From NCBI RefSeq assembly GCF_037042905.1, contig NC_087250.1, positions 17,362,001-17,426,000 on the forward strand: a stretch of DNA of 64,000 nt. The letters run 5' to 3'. The position numbers and the translations under genes were made by a program. The notes beneath the pieces are model-generated. The model saw only the letters and a program-made list of their open reading frames with translations, ran no database searches and had not been told where the DNA came from. Below are positions 50,896 to 64,000 of this stretch, piece after piece (the first letter of the stretch is position 1; each line of letters opens with the position of its first letter). The stretch is from Lytechinus pictus (Eukaryota).

Positions 50896-53800
50896 CATAT
50901 ATCACCCTGGTTCGTGATTTAGCCTAAAGGATCCGGGTTATTTGGACTCCTTCCCCCTTTAGACTAATATGGTTGAGCGTCAATCGTTGTCTTCGGATTA
51001 TATGACATTTTGTACCGCGAACTTAGCTCATTATTTGCTCCTCCGCCAATTTCTCCAAAAAAATATAAAGTGACGGTATAAGGGCTATAAAAAAGGTTTA
51101 AGGGTTCAAAGTGAATGGAGTATGAGGATTGGGTTAGGGGTCGCTTCGATTTTGGGGTCTATATTCGGCTAAATAAGTGAAATTTCGGTAGGAGCAATTG
51201 TCGCAGGAGAAAATGACGTGGAACCCTTAAAATTGCTGTTCCATTAATTTCCCTGATATAAGGCGAGGGCTAGGGTTGTGATCAGGTTCTTTGGTTCAGA
51301 ATTAGGATTATGATGGAGGCTATGAGTATGACAAAGGCTATTAGGGTAAACTAGCAAGGTTTGAAGCTAAAGCTTTCTCGTTGGCTTGATGTTTCCATTT
51401 TCGTAAGAGCAAATGCCGCGTTACTGGCCTGCACTGTTAAAAAATTCCTGCAGCAGAGTCTCAAGAATCCCTGTAATCTTACTGCACTGTGTAATCTTAC
51501 ATGCATTTGTGTAAAATCACAAAAAACTGGTATTTGGTGTAGGTAACTTTACAAATTTTTTGTAATAAAACTCTATTCCCTTCTTTTTAAGACCTTTTGT
51601 AAAATTGTTTTAAAAAAAATATATATATATAAATCTTTCCTGTTATAACAATTTACAGAATGATTTGTAATTTCTTTCTGTAAAATATGTTTTTGTCTCG
51701 AGACTATAGGTGCCGCTTTTCCGACGGCGGCGGCGTCGTCAACATTGAAATCTTAATTAAGATTTAGTTTTTGAAATGTCATCATAACTTAGAAAGTATA
51801 TATGGACCTAGTCCATGAAACTGAAACATAATGGTAATAGTGTATCACTGAAGATCCTGCCAGAGTTTCAGGTCACATGGCCAAGGTCAAAGGTCAATTA
51901 GTGTCAACGAAATATGACCATGCCGAGGGTATTTGTGGAATTATAATCGAAACTTTGAAAGTTATAGATCTACACATGTAGTTCATGAAACATAGACATA
52001 AGGGTTATCTGGTGGGTGTTTCATAAAGCTGTTCGTAAGATAAGAACGACTTTAAGAACGACTGGTGAACCTTTCTTACGCTCTAAATAATTACCAATGG
52101 TGAATATCATTTACCACAAGAAAGGATCACCAGTCGTTCTTAAAGTCGCTCTTAACTTACGAATATCTTTATGAAACACCCACCAGGTATGTTATGCACA
52201 CGTCTTAGGTCACATGATTATGGTCAAAGGTCATGTTGGGTCAATGGACATAGTATTTTATTATCATGCGAGTGTTTTCTTTTGTGAATAATAATAGCTG
52301 TTTTCAAAGTCATTACTGTTGCTAAATTGAATCGCGTAATGCAGGCGAGACAGCCACAGGCGTTCCACTTTTTTAATTTCTGTAACATGTTTTTTGTTTC
52401 TAACAGTGTGGTTGAGGATAGCTGGCCTCAGACCTTGCCAAACTCAAACCATCTTGTTCACATGATTAGAATAGACAAGGGCACAGTTTGATAAAGTTTG
52501 GCAGTACTTGACTGACAGGTTTCATGACCTGAATTGGTTACCATAGAAACAGTCAACACTAGTGCTGTTGTCGTGAACAAAAATCCGTGTCGACATGTCG
52601 CTTAAAATTAATCCCAACATCGACAATGTCGACATGAAAAGCGGACCGTAATTTAGCCTAGGCTGTTGCTATATTGAATGGCGTAATGCAGGCGAGACAC
52701 CCAGAGGCGTTCCACTTTTTTAATTTCTGTAACATCTTCTGTTTTTTTTCTTCTAACAGTGTGGTTGAAGTTGTCTGGCCTCAGAGCTTGCCACACTCCA
52801 ACCATCTTGATTAGAATAGACAAGGGCACAGTTTGATTAAATTTGGCAGGACTTGACTGACAGGTTTCATTACCTTAATAGGTTACCATAGAAACAGTCA
52901 ACAGAAAATATCAATAAATCCTACTGCCATCATCGTCTTTAATTGAAAGATGCCTATTTGACATTGTCACTCCATTAGAGCAGCATTAGCAAGCAATTAA
53001 TTGATAATTTAGTAATGGTGTCTCTTGACTTGCATTTCTTTAATCGACTAGGTTCAATAAAACTTAACGCCACACTACAGTTTAAGTAAGGATGCGATGA
53101 CTGATATGACTTAGGGGTAGATCAAGGATTTCATTGTTTTGTTTATAGTGCCCACTGGTGTATAGTCAAACGAAAAAGAAACACAAATTGCTTGAAATTG
53201 ATTTTGTGTATTTATTTTTTAACATTCTAAGAGACGAGTAGGTGGTTTACTTTTCACCAAGTAACCTCCATTAGACTTAATTAAATTAATCACTAAACAA
53301 ATAACATGGAATAACCCCTCTTAAGGAGTATCAGAAAGGGAATAATGGTTCTGTATAGAAGCTTTAAAGTGCCATCTATAACTTGATGAAATGTGAGATA
53401 TTGTATCAGGCCAAGTCGACTTAAAGCGACCTTCCATAAAAAAATCATGGGGAAATCAAGGCTAATCTCAGAACAGAGAAGGGATTCAAGTCTTTCACTC
53501 GGCTGCATGCCTAGGGGTATCATGTCTGGGAGGTCTAATATAGGGAAGCAATAGTTTGTAGACTAACCAACCAGAAGTAAACTGCGTATTTTCACTTTGA
53601 AACATGGAACTTCACAAAGGGTATTTATTTTGGTTTAGCAATCAAGAGACCTGCAAAGAGTCTAGGAACTGGGATTGTTGGAAACTAGAACTGCGACGAC
53701 CCGTAGTAAATACGATCACAAGTTCGGTCTAATTTGTGCTGTCTGAACTTTTATCGCATTAGTCCGACGGGCTCTCATGACGGACGGATTATATTATAAA

Positions 53801-56800
53801 TTCAAGTCAATTGGCGTTTTGCAAACTTCGTATTGATTCAATTTTCCCACGATTTGTCGATGGCTGGTCGCTTTAATATATCATGTTGACTTATTTACTT
53901 TGTAAGTTGACTTGATTATGTTGCCATTTTGACTTATACAAAGTTATGCCATTACAGTGAAATGAAATGTGTTGTCATGGAGACATAAGTAATCTTGCAA
54001 CTTGGTCAACTTCTAAAAGTTAAATCTTGACATTACAGCATACCAAGATGACTTAACAAGGAACTACATCACCAAGTCGACTTGTATTTAGTTTAAAGTC
54101 AACTTGGCCAGAGGACCGTTTCATAGAACTGTTCGTAAGTTAAAAGCGACTTTAAGAACGACTGGTGAACATTTCCTACGTACTTATGGGTTTGCCATTG
54201 AGATAATATTGCACCTACTTGCCATAGAGAGAAAATAAATTTAAAAACTTGTGAATCCCTACTCACGACTCGACGGATTTTTTTATCAATGCAAGTGGAA
54301 TATTTATGTGTAACTGTATGCTTTATATGATGTCGTGTAATAGAAACTGTGGTTTAAGAAAGATAATGTTTACGTCTTTCGAGACGTACAGCACGTCGAA
54401 ATAGCCAGATCGCCCTGGCCTGCTCTAACCCAAGATTGAATCATATGTTTTTGAGATAAATAATAATAATAATAGCTGGACTTTTAACATGTTTAAAGCG
54501 CTTTGGGGGTGAGGATACAAAGAGCTGATGTTATTACCCCAGCTATAGTCGTTTGCTTACAGGCGCTCTGGCATTCGAGGAATTTCTTCCCATTCACCTC
54601 ACCTGGGTTGAGTGCAGCACAATGTGGGTAAATTTCTTGCTGAAGAAAAACACACCATAGCTTGGAATCGAACCAATATCCCTCAGATTATTATTATTAT
54701 TATTGACTTATTGAGATTAAAACACGCGAGTCATAATCACTATAGACCACGACGCGTCGTGGTCTAGTGATTATGACTCGCGACGCCCCCACAAAATCCT
54801 GTATGGAGTACCCGAGGGCAATACTTTCGCACGATACGTTTTTAATATCCCATCTTGTTATGGACTAACACATATCTCCTCTGGGGAATAAAATAGTTTT
54901 GGATGCTAAATAAGTCCGGACACGATGTATCTGTGAAAATAACCCTACAACTTCGAAAAGACAAGAGTTCGTATATATTTCAAAATCCACCGCCATACCA
55001 GATCCAGGATCTTGAAATATATGGGGCGCAAATTACAAATTATAGAGAAATGTGTACCCCGACTGGAATAGCAAACCAAGAAGATTGACGGTTGAATTTT
55101 AGGACTTGACCTTTTTTCCAAACTCCGTCTGAATCATTCGTGAAGTATAAGCAACATGTCATATAAGCACGACCAGTGGCGTACAGATGGGGTGCTTGCA
55201 CCCCCCCCCCCCCCCCCGCCCTAATTTCTCACGACGATGAAAAAAAGAGCAAAGGAAAGAGAGAAGGGTAAATATGACATTAATTTCTGATTAATATATC
55301 AAAATCTATCACAAAATATTGTTTAAATAAAAATGTCGAAACTTTTGCCGATACGCCTTTCTCTGCTCCCCCCCCCCTCGATTTTTTTTGCTAATTATGC
55401 TCCTGAGCACAAGTGGATCTCCGACGCACTGGATAATTGGCTTCTGATTATAACTGAAAGCATTCGTGTTAAACTGTATTATGGTTTCAAATGAGTCGAG
55501 TGACCGCAATTGAGTACACTAATAAAAGGGTGAGGAGCGCAAGATGATGAGAGATATGGGGGAGAACGAGAAAGGGGGAGAAGGGAGATGCATGTCGTTA
55601 ACCTGACCTACACAACGATATAGAGAGGGGTGTTCAGTTTGAACGAGGAGTTTGAAGTTATCTTAAAGGAAAACCGAAGGATAAGCGCGAAAATAAGTAA
55701 CTCCCGTCCAATCAGTGCTTTCTTGGACACCAATAGTAAAAAATCTGATTAATTTTTGTCATCCGTTGCGCCCCTTTGAAAAAAAAAATTGTTTCGGCTA
55801 CCTAACTAGAAATAAAAACCTAAATAGAACGATAATATTGGATATTATGCTGTCAATGATACAGAATGATTTAGCCAAATTTGACAATTTTAGAAAATCT
55901 GTGGGCTCAATGTCCCACCCCATACACACATAAATACTTTCTTTTTTGCTTTCTCGCTCTCTGCCTTATATTTTAGAAGACATGGGGTCAATAGCCCACA
56001 AAACACACAAAAACCACGGGCCACGGAACAGTTTTGAAAGGGCTGGGGCTGAACCGAAAGTGGGGGCTGACCATGCAAAAAAATCACAAACAGATTGGTC
56101 ATTTTTACGTTTTTGTACATGGTTTTGGATAAATGGGAAGGCTGAGCCCCCCCTCCCCCCCCCCCCCTCGGTTTTACGGCCCCTGCGCGACACACACACA
56201 CACACACACACTCTCTCTCTCTCTCTCCTCCCCCACTCTCTCTCTCTGTAACATGTATTTGCGAGCGAGTGTTCCCTTTTGTTGATTGGCTTGTTGTATG
56301 ATATGCACTTAAATATGTCAATCTCCTTGACTCGCATTTGGTAGCCGTTTATTTATCGGAGTCCCCTTTACACCAGATGAAGTTCCCGCTACGTTGTAGT
56401 AATTTAAAAACAAACCTCAGACGTGGCGGCAACTTCGCTTGATATTCTAGAAAGATTTGAAATTTTCACGTGCGAGCTACGTCCGCACCACGTCGTAGTG
56501 AAGTTTATGTTGCGTACGTGTACGTTCTGACTACATCAAGCAGATATCGCGACTTGTTTTACCTTGTCTATTTGGACGTAGCACCAACTGATACCCTCTT
56601 TACAACAACGCTACATACATGCAGTTCTCGCTGCGTCAAAGAAATGGCATTGACGCAGAGAGAACTGCTACAGCGTACTGAGAGCGTATAGCGAGAACTG
56701 TTATTGACGTGACATAGTCTGCATGATCTCTGTAGACCCATTTTCTGTCACGTGGACTTTGAAACAATTGTCCGAAGTCCAACTAGCAAAAGCACCGTCT

Positions 56801-57580
56801 GAACAGTGCCTTAATTACTGCGATGATGCCCCTGCTCTTCATACATGCTCAAGGTTCCGCACTGACATACGTTTCCTCCTACTTTCTAAAATGCTAATCA
56901 ACGATCAATCAGATTTGAAAAAATGTACCACTAGATATGTTTTCATCCACAACCTCGATCCATATTAAGGTGACAATGGTTCGGAGAACTAATGACAATG
57001 CTGGAGGATTTTTATGCTGGTTGACATCAATAATTTAGCGTTTGATCCAGTTTTTCCATTGCGGTTGCAGCATCATTAAGCGAGTGTTCATCATGTTTAC
57101 TCTAAATTTTCTTTCACTTCTAGCGAGTAAATGACTGATGACACTTCTAATAAGCAATGGGGTGTCTTGATAAATCCTTCGTTGAATGCAGGCCACATCC
57201 ATTTACAAGTGCGTTGATAGGAGAAAGAAGAAGCGTTATATCTGATTGACAAATTTCAGTCCAAAACGAACAATGGGTTATGCTGATTTGGTTGACACCA
57301 ACCAAGCGTTTCACCCACTTTTCCTTTACAGTTGTAGCATGATGTGAGCGTCCGTCGTACCTGTTTCCTCTATTTCTACACTTCCCACCTGCAAAGCCGT
57401 CAATGAAACTTTTCAAAAGCCATTGAAATTTTGATCGTTCTAGAATTCAGACGGCATTGGTCATGTTGATACACAAGTGCGTTTGAGAGGGGAAATACGA
57501 ATGTTATATTTCACTGTTCAAATTTTAGTCCACAAAGAACATAACGCATCGAATCCGATTCCTCACACCGAACTCGAGCA

Positions 57581-58555
57581 ATGATGACCGCAATATCATC
57601 TACAGTTCTACCTTCTAACCAGTCATGGACATTGGAAGATATCAACTGGAGATCTTGGGACACCATTCTCCAATCAATATCATCATCCTTAGGCGCTCTA
57701 GGTAATCTAGCTGTCCTTCTAGTACTGTTTCCCCAACGCTCCTTCAGTCGTTCTACTGATACCTTGATAGGCAGTCTTGCCGTGGCTGATTTTCTTACTT
57801 CCTTGCTTCTTCTTCCGTTTCCAAGACCTAGAACAGTGTCGCTAAACTGGCTCGGTCTACTCTACTGTTGGACGTTGTATTCTAACGCGCTCATTTGGAT
57901 TTGTATCACCGCTTCGATTTATATTCTCCTATTCATCTGCTTCGATAGATACATCGCTATTGCGTATCCATTAAAATACAACATCTATATCACCAAACGG
58001 CGCGTCCAGCTTGGGGTTGGTGTAATATGGTTGTGGTCTTTGATTAATCTATGGAATAACTATCACTTCAAGATTGACCCAACAAACCAGGAATGCATCG
58101 CACAATATCCTTCAGAGTTCACAAGGATATTCACCGGTTCCCTCAACTTCATCTTCTTGTATGCAATCCCGGTAATGACTATGCTGATAACGCAGATTCT
58201 GAGTGCCCGTGCGCTGCTTCGTCAGTCTCTCCGTTTCGCTGCTACCTCGCATTCGAAACCAACCTATCACCTGGCCGCTCGGCGTAGGGTACTGCGAATG
58301 ATGACCATTGTCGTTGCCACATTCATCATCACCATTGGCCCAAATCAATTCGCCTACTTTTGCTACAACCTTGGAGTCATGCCAGAGTGGTTCTATATGG
58401 GTACACTCCATCGCTTTACGGTTGTTCTGGCATCTTTCAACTCGTGCCTCAACCCTTTCATCTATGCATGCCAAAATAAACGATTCCGCCAAGGTTTCAG
58501 GGATATATGGACCAAGTCTGATACGGCTAGTGCTCCTATTTTCGGTCTTATATGA
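57581..58555 (+). CDS. Class A GPCR copy 3 (324 aa)
   Basis: Same motifs; roughly 25 amino-acid differences from copy 1, counted by eye. Confidence 0.93.
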   Translation: MMTAISSTVLPSNQSWTLEDINWRSWDTILQSISSSLGALGNLAVLLVLFPQRSFSRSTDTLIGSLAVADFLTSLLLLPFPRPRTVSLNWLGLLYCWTLYSNALIWICITASIYILLFICFDRYIAIAYPLKYNIYITKRRVQLGVGVIWLWSLINLWNNYHFKIDPTNQECIAQYPSEFTRIFTGSLNFIFLYAIPVMTMLITQILSARALLRQSLRFAATSHSKPTYHLAARRRVLRMMTIVVATFIITIGPNQFAYFCYNLGVMPEWFYMGTLHRFTVVLASFNSCLNPFIYACQNKRFRQGFRDIWTKSDTASAPIFGLI

Positions 58556-59379
58556 GTGGACCTTACAAAAGGGACATTTTACTGAACGGTGACATATCAT
58601 CCTGGTTCGTGATTAAGCCTAAAGGATCAGGGTTATTTTAACCCCTTCCCCCTTGAGACTAGTCTGGTTGAGCATCAATAGTTGCCTTCGGATTCTTTGA
58701 CATTTTCTACCGCGACCTTAACGCAATCATTTGCTCCTATGCCATTTGCTCCTCTGCCAATTTCTCAAAAAATATAAAGTGATCGAGGGTATAAGGGCTA
58801 TGAAAAGGTTTTTCGGTTCAAAATGACCGGAGTATGAGGTTTGGGTTAAGGGTCGCTTCGAATTTCGGGTTTATGTTCGGCTAAGTATGTGGAATTTCTG
58901 TAGGAACAATTGTCGCAGGAGAAAATGACGTGGAACCCTTGAATTGCTGTTCCACTAATTTCCCTGATATAAGGCGAGGGCTAGGGTTGTGATCAGGTTT
59001 TTTTTTGGTTCAGAATTAGGATTATGATGGAGGAAATCAAAGGGTAAGCTAGCAAGGTTTGAAAAAGTTTTTTCGTTCGGCTATATGTTTCCATTTTCGT
59101 AAGAGCAAATGCCGCGTTACTGGCCTGCACTGTTAGAAAATTTCTGCAGCAGAGTCTCGAGAACACCTGTAATCTTACTGCACTATGTAATCATTCGTGT
59201 AAAATCACAGAAAATTGGTATTTGGTGTATGTAACTTTACAAATTTATTGTGATAAAATTGTTTTCCCCTCTTTTTAAAACAGACCTGTTCTGTAAAATT
59301 GTTTTTAAAAATGTAGAAAATCGTTCCTGTTATAACAATTTACAAAATGATTTGGCAATTTGTTTCTGTAAAATATGTT

Positions 59380-60203
59380 TTTTTCTCGCCTGCATAGCAG
59401 AGCGAGACTATATAGGCGCCGCCTTTCCAACGGCGGCATTTGAAATGTCATCATATAACCCTAGTTCATGAAACTTGGACATAAGAGTGATCAATTATTA
59501 CTGAACATCCTGCCCGAGTAACGAGTCACATGACCACGGTCAAAGGTCATTTAGGGTCAGTGAACTTAGATCATGTTTGGGAAATCAATATCGAAATCTT
59601 AACCGTTAAGTATTTGAAATGATGTCATAACTTTAAAGTATATAGACCTAGTTCGTAAAACTTAAACATAAGTGATGAGTGAGGTAATAGTGTATCACTG
59701 AAGACCCTGCCCAGGCTTAAAGTCAAATGACCAAGGTCAAAGGTCAATTAGGGTCAATGAACTTTGACCATGTTGGGGGTATTGGTGGAATTTTTATCAT
59801 AACTTTGAAATTTTATGGATCTAGTTCATGAAACTTTGACATAAGAGTAACCATGTATCCCTGAATATCCTGTGTGCATTTCAGGTCACATGACCAAGAT
59901 CAAAGATTAAGGTCAATGAACTTTGGCCGTATGGGGGTATTTGTTGAATTATTGGCATCATTACTTTGAAAGTTTATGCATCTACACATGAAACATAGAC
60001 ATAAGGGTTATCAAGTATGTTATGCACACGTCTTAGGTCACATGATTATAGTCAAAGGTCATGTTGGGTCAATGGACATAGTATTTTATTATCATGCGAG
60101 TGTTTCCTTCTGTAAATAATTATTAATAGCTGTTTTCAAAGTCAGCACTGTTGCTAAATTGAATCACGTAATGCAGGCGAGACAGCCACAGGCGTTCCAC
60201 TTT
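59380..60203 (+). mobile_element. Helentron-associated (HINE-like) element
   Basis: Inserted in a T-run, subterminal inverted repeats TCTCGCCTGCAT / ATGCAGGCGAGA, central tandem repeats, no TSD. Confidence 0.7.
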
Positions 60204-61418
60204 TTTAATTTCTGTAAGATCTTCTGTTTTTTTTTCTAACAATGTGGTTGAAGTTGGCTGGCCTCAGAGCTTGCCACACTCCAACAATCTTGATTAGAAT
60301 AGACAAGGGCACAGTTGGATTAAGTTTGGCAGGACTTGACTGACAGGTTCCATTACCTGAATTAGTTACCATGGAAACAGTCAACAGTAGTGCTGTTGTC
60401 GGGAACAAAAATCTGTGTCGACATGTCGCTTAAAATTAATCCCAACATCGACAATGTCGACACGAAAAAGGGACCATAATTTAGCCTAGGGTGTTGCTAT
60501 ATTGAATCGCGTAATGCAGGTGAGACAGCCAGAGGCACTCCACTTTTTTAATTTCTGTAAGATCTTCTGGGTTTTGTTTTCTAACAGTGTAGTTGAGGTT
60601 GGCTGACCTCAGACCTTGCCACACTCCATCTTGGTCAAATGATTAGAATAGACAAGGGCAGCTTGATAAAGTTTGGCAGTACTTGACTGACAGGTTTCAT
60701 TACCTGATTTAGTTACCATACTAGACACAGTCAACAGAAAATATCAATTAATCGTACAGCCATCATCTTTAATTAAAGGATGCCTATTTGACATCGTCAC
60801 TCCATCAAAGCAGCATTAGCAAGCAATTAAGTGATAACTTAGTAATGGTGTCTCTTGACTTGCATTTCTTTAATCCACTAGGTTCAATAAAACTTAAAGC
60901 CAACGCTACAGTTTAAGAAAGGATGTGATGACTGATGTAACTTAGGGGTAGATCAAGGAGTCATAGTTTTGTTTATAATGCGCACTATCAGTTGATTGAT
61001 GTGTTTGGCAGAATGTCGTTGAATAACAAAACCGGGAGTTGTCACTGCTTGTTAGACATTATAGGACTCTCGTCCTCGGCAGGAAAATTGTAACAGACAA
61101 AAATAAAAAGTTATCACTCCCTATTAATTCATCAGAAGGGAGCAATATAGACACAAAATTTGACAAAAGGGGAGGGATACATGCCTCGTACCCCATCAAC
61201 ATTCGCTCATGATGGCTATTAATACAAATAAATTATCTTGTTTCTGGTAAGTAATATCTGCAAGGTCAAACAAAAAAGAGACACAAACTGCTTGAAATTG
61301 ATTGTGCATTTATTTTTTAACATTCTTAGTAATTGCTGGTTTACTTTTCACCAAGTAACCTCCATTAGACTTAATTAAATTAATCATTAAACAAATAACA
61401 TGGAATAGCCCCTCTTAA

Positions 61419-62145
61419 CCCTAAGAAGACTGGGGGCTGATTCAGCCCCCCCCCCCTCGACATTTTTCGCGATAAATCCGCCACGCGAAAATTTTTTACC
61501 GCATCACTCGCTGACTTTTTACTTTCAAGTCTCGCGCAACTTTTGAGACCAAAATTGTGACCCCGGGTACGCGGTTCCGTAATTATACAACATTTCGTAA
61601 GTGCATGCAGACCCAAAATTGCTAAAAAACATGAATTTGTGTACAAATCCAATGCAAATAGTTTTTTTAGCCAAAATTCATAAAATGTATATTTTTCCTT
61701 TTACTGCTTAAAATCAATTAATTTTATCTTGTTTATGGTCAAAATAAAGTCTCGAACAATTTCCATTGAAAAAACAAAAAGTTGAAAAACAAAGAAATAC
61801 ATAAGAAATTTAGAAAACAATAAAATACATAAAAAAATAAATGTGATGTTGACATTCTTTTTAAATAAATTTAATCAGATGCCTATAAAGAGTATGTGAA
61901 ACAAAAATTAGCATTTTGGGGGCATTATTTTGTTAATTAAAGCAAACTTATGATTTTACACATAAATTAACATAATTATTGAGCAATGAGATTTTTCGCT
62001 GAATTTGATATTATAGTTTTGTAGATAATGCCATGGGTAACGCGTGTGTCAATTTTCGTCGCGATCGCGCGATCGACGGCCGAGATCATAAGGGGGGGGC
62101 TGATCCAGTCTTCTTAGGCGTCGAAATAGCCCAGTCTATTTAGGG
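61419..62145 (+). mobile_element. piggyBac-like non-autonomous element
   Basis: TTAA TSD, CCCTAA..AGACTGGG TIRs, subterminal repeat at ~62105; empty TTAA site at ~45665 and ~53321. Confidence 0.9.
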
Positions 62146-62486
62146 TTAAGGAGTATCAGAAAGGGAATAATGGTTCTGTATAGAAGCTTTAAAGTGCCAT
62201 CTATATCTTGATGAGATGGGGAGATATTGTATCAGGCCAAGTCGACTTTAAATACATCATGTTGACTTATTTACTTTGTAAGTTGACTTGATTATGTTGC
62301 CATTTTGACTTATACAAAGTTATGCCATTACAGTGAAATGAAATGTGTTGTTATGGAGACATAAGTAATCTTGCAACTTGGTCAACTTCTAAAAGTTAAA
62401 TCTTGACATTACAGCATACCAAGATGACTTAACAAGGAACTACATCACCAAGTCGACTTGTAATTAGTTTAAAGTCAACTTGGCCA

Positions 62487-62665
62487 GGGGGCGTTTCATA
62501 AAGCTTTTTATAATTTAATAGCGACTTTAAGAACGACTGGTGAACAATCCTTACGTACTAAATAATCACCAATGAACATTTAATGGTGAATATCATTTAC
62601 CACTAGTTGATCACCGGTTGATCTTAAAGTCACTCTTAACTTTAATAGCTTTATGAAACAGCCCC
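62487..62665. mobile_element. CWG-target MITE; intact form of the copy truncated at 46528 and 54185
   Basis: gtttcataaagc ... gctttatgaaac inverted ends flanked by cag. Confidence 0.75.
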
Positions 62666-62732
62666 AGATATTACTGCCATGTGAACTTATAAAGTTAATA
62701 AGACAATGTGATAAGGATAATAATTTGACCTG

Positions 62733-63473
62733 GTGGGTGTTTCATAAAGCTGTTCGTAAGTTAAGAGCGACTTTAAGAACGACTAGTGATCCCTTTTTTG
62801 TGGTAAATGGTTTATTCATTGGCGATGGTTTAGTGCGTAAGAAAGGTTCACCAGTCGTTTTTAAAGGGATGGTCCGGGCTGAAAATATTTATATCTTAAT
62901 ACATAGAGTAGAATTCACTGAGCAAAATGCCAAAAATTTCATCAAAATCGGATAACAAATAATAAAGTTATTGAAGTTTAAAGTATAGCAATATTTTGTG
63001 AAAACAGTCGTCATGAATATTCATTAGTTGGGCTGATGATGTCAAATCCCCACTTTCCGTTTTCTTATGTTATTACACAAAATAATAATTTTTTCAATAT
63101 TTAATACTTGTGTGAATAATATGTCTCCCTTCTAATGAAATAAGTTGCAGCAATGAATATCTAATGCACGAAATCAGTTGTCGATCCAATTTTTTAGTTC
63201 TTGGAGGAAAAAATTTGAATAAACCTAATTTCATATAATAAAATACAAAAGAACAAGTGGAGATGTGACATCATCAGTCCACCTAATGAATATTCATGAC
63301 GACTGTTATCACAAAATATTGCTAAACTTTGTTATTTGTTATCCGATTTTGATGACATTTTTGGTATTTTGCTCAGTGAATTCTACTCTATTTATTAAGC
63401 TATAAACACTTTCAGCCCGGACCTTCCCTTTAAAGTCGCTCTTAACTTACGAACAGCTGTATGAAACGGCCCC
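62733..63473. mobile_element. CWG-target MITE interrupted by a Kolobok-like element (62865-63429)
   Basis: Outer element belongs to the 44355 family. The inner one has a TTAA TSD and AGGGA(T/A)GGTCCGGGCTGAAA TIRs. Confidence 0.85.
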
Positions 63474-63752
63474 CTGGCAAGATGTAATATCTTGTCAAGT
63501 GGATGTCACTCCAGGCGCTCGTGATTGTCTATTAAGGATTTGGCCAAATGCTAACCTAGCATGCACTATATTCATAGAAGCAATTATTTGAAGAAAAATA
63601 TGGGAAAATTGCAGTTTAGCTCAAGCGACATGACTATATTCAGTTGGCACAGTCTATAGAGACAGCTGAATGAAGTAACTGAGAGTGGTCCAATAAAACC
63701 CATTATCAATGTCAGATTCTGAAATTCTGTGACAGACTTTGCCTCAGCCTAT

Positions 63753-63874
63753 CAGGCAGAGGTGGCGGAACATCAGGCTCGGACAAAGAAAGCGGAGGGG
63801 AACCTTTTGTCTGCCAAACAATAGGTGCCCCTCCACTTTCATTGTATGAGCCTGACGTTCCGCCGCCTCTGCTG
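63753..63874. mobile_element. Short hairpin MITE
   Basis: gcagaggtggcggaacatcaggctc ... gagcctgacgttccgccgcctctgc. Confidence 0.65.
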
Positions 63875-64000
63875 TCAGAGTTCATGCAATTAGGAGCAGG
63901 GATTGAATCATGGTCCGCCTTGTCCTAGGCCTCTCAGCTTGACACGATATTTTGGGGAGAGCGTAACAATGCCTAACTTGAAAATAAACTAGGGTTTATC

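Larger units (their letters stand above)
43212..58580 (+). repeat. Near-identical ~7.66-kb tandem segmental duplication (43212-50883 vs 50884-58580)
   Basis: Offset of 7657 bp over several kb (e.g. ORFs at 43704/51361, 45636/53293, 47246/54903), with only scattered substitutions. Confidence 0.95.

Noticed and set aside
58112..58600. 162-aa antisense ORF and alternate-frame ORFs overlapping the GPCRs
   Set aside because: Shadow ORFs of the real CDS; the antisense ORF is not listed for the other two copies.

Overview
AT-rich, repeat-dense eukaryotic genomic DNA. The repeat families and gene content suggest an echinoderm such as a sea urchin; this is an inference. (1) 0.5-15.8 kb, + strand: 3' exons of a STAC-family adaptor gene (VDPIY 'U' motif plus C-terminal tandem SH3 domains), reconstructed from phase-compatible GT/AG junctions. 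(2) 16-41 kb: intergenic DNA full of SINEs and non-autonomous DNA transposons, many with exact target-site duplications (TSDs). It includes a 9.6-kb hAT-like composite element (28910-38533) carrying nested transposons, about 18 GCGCGAAGCGC motifs, a ~30-bp satellite and a 1.1-kb almost pure C/T tract. (3) 28-62.6 kb: a tandem array of three single-exon-CDS rhodopsin-class GPCR genes. An old duplication has a mappable junction at ~46528, and a recent 7.66-kb duplication appears to have made a chimeric middle gene. No transposase, prokaryotic feature or CRISPR array was found. Most ORFs in the supplied track are spurious.
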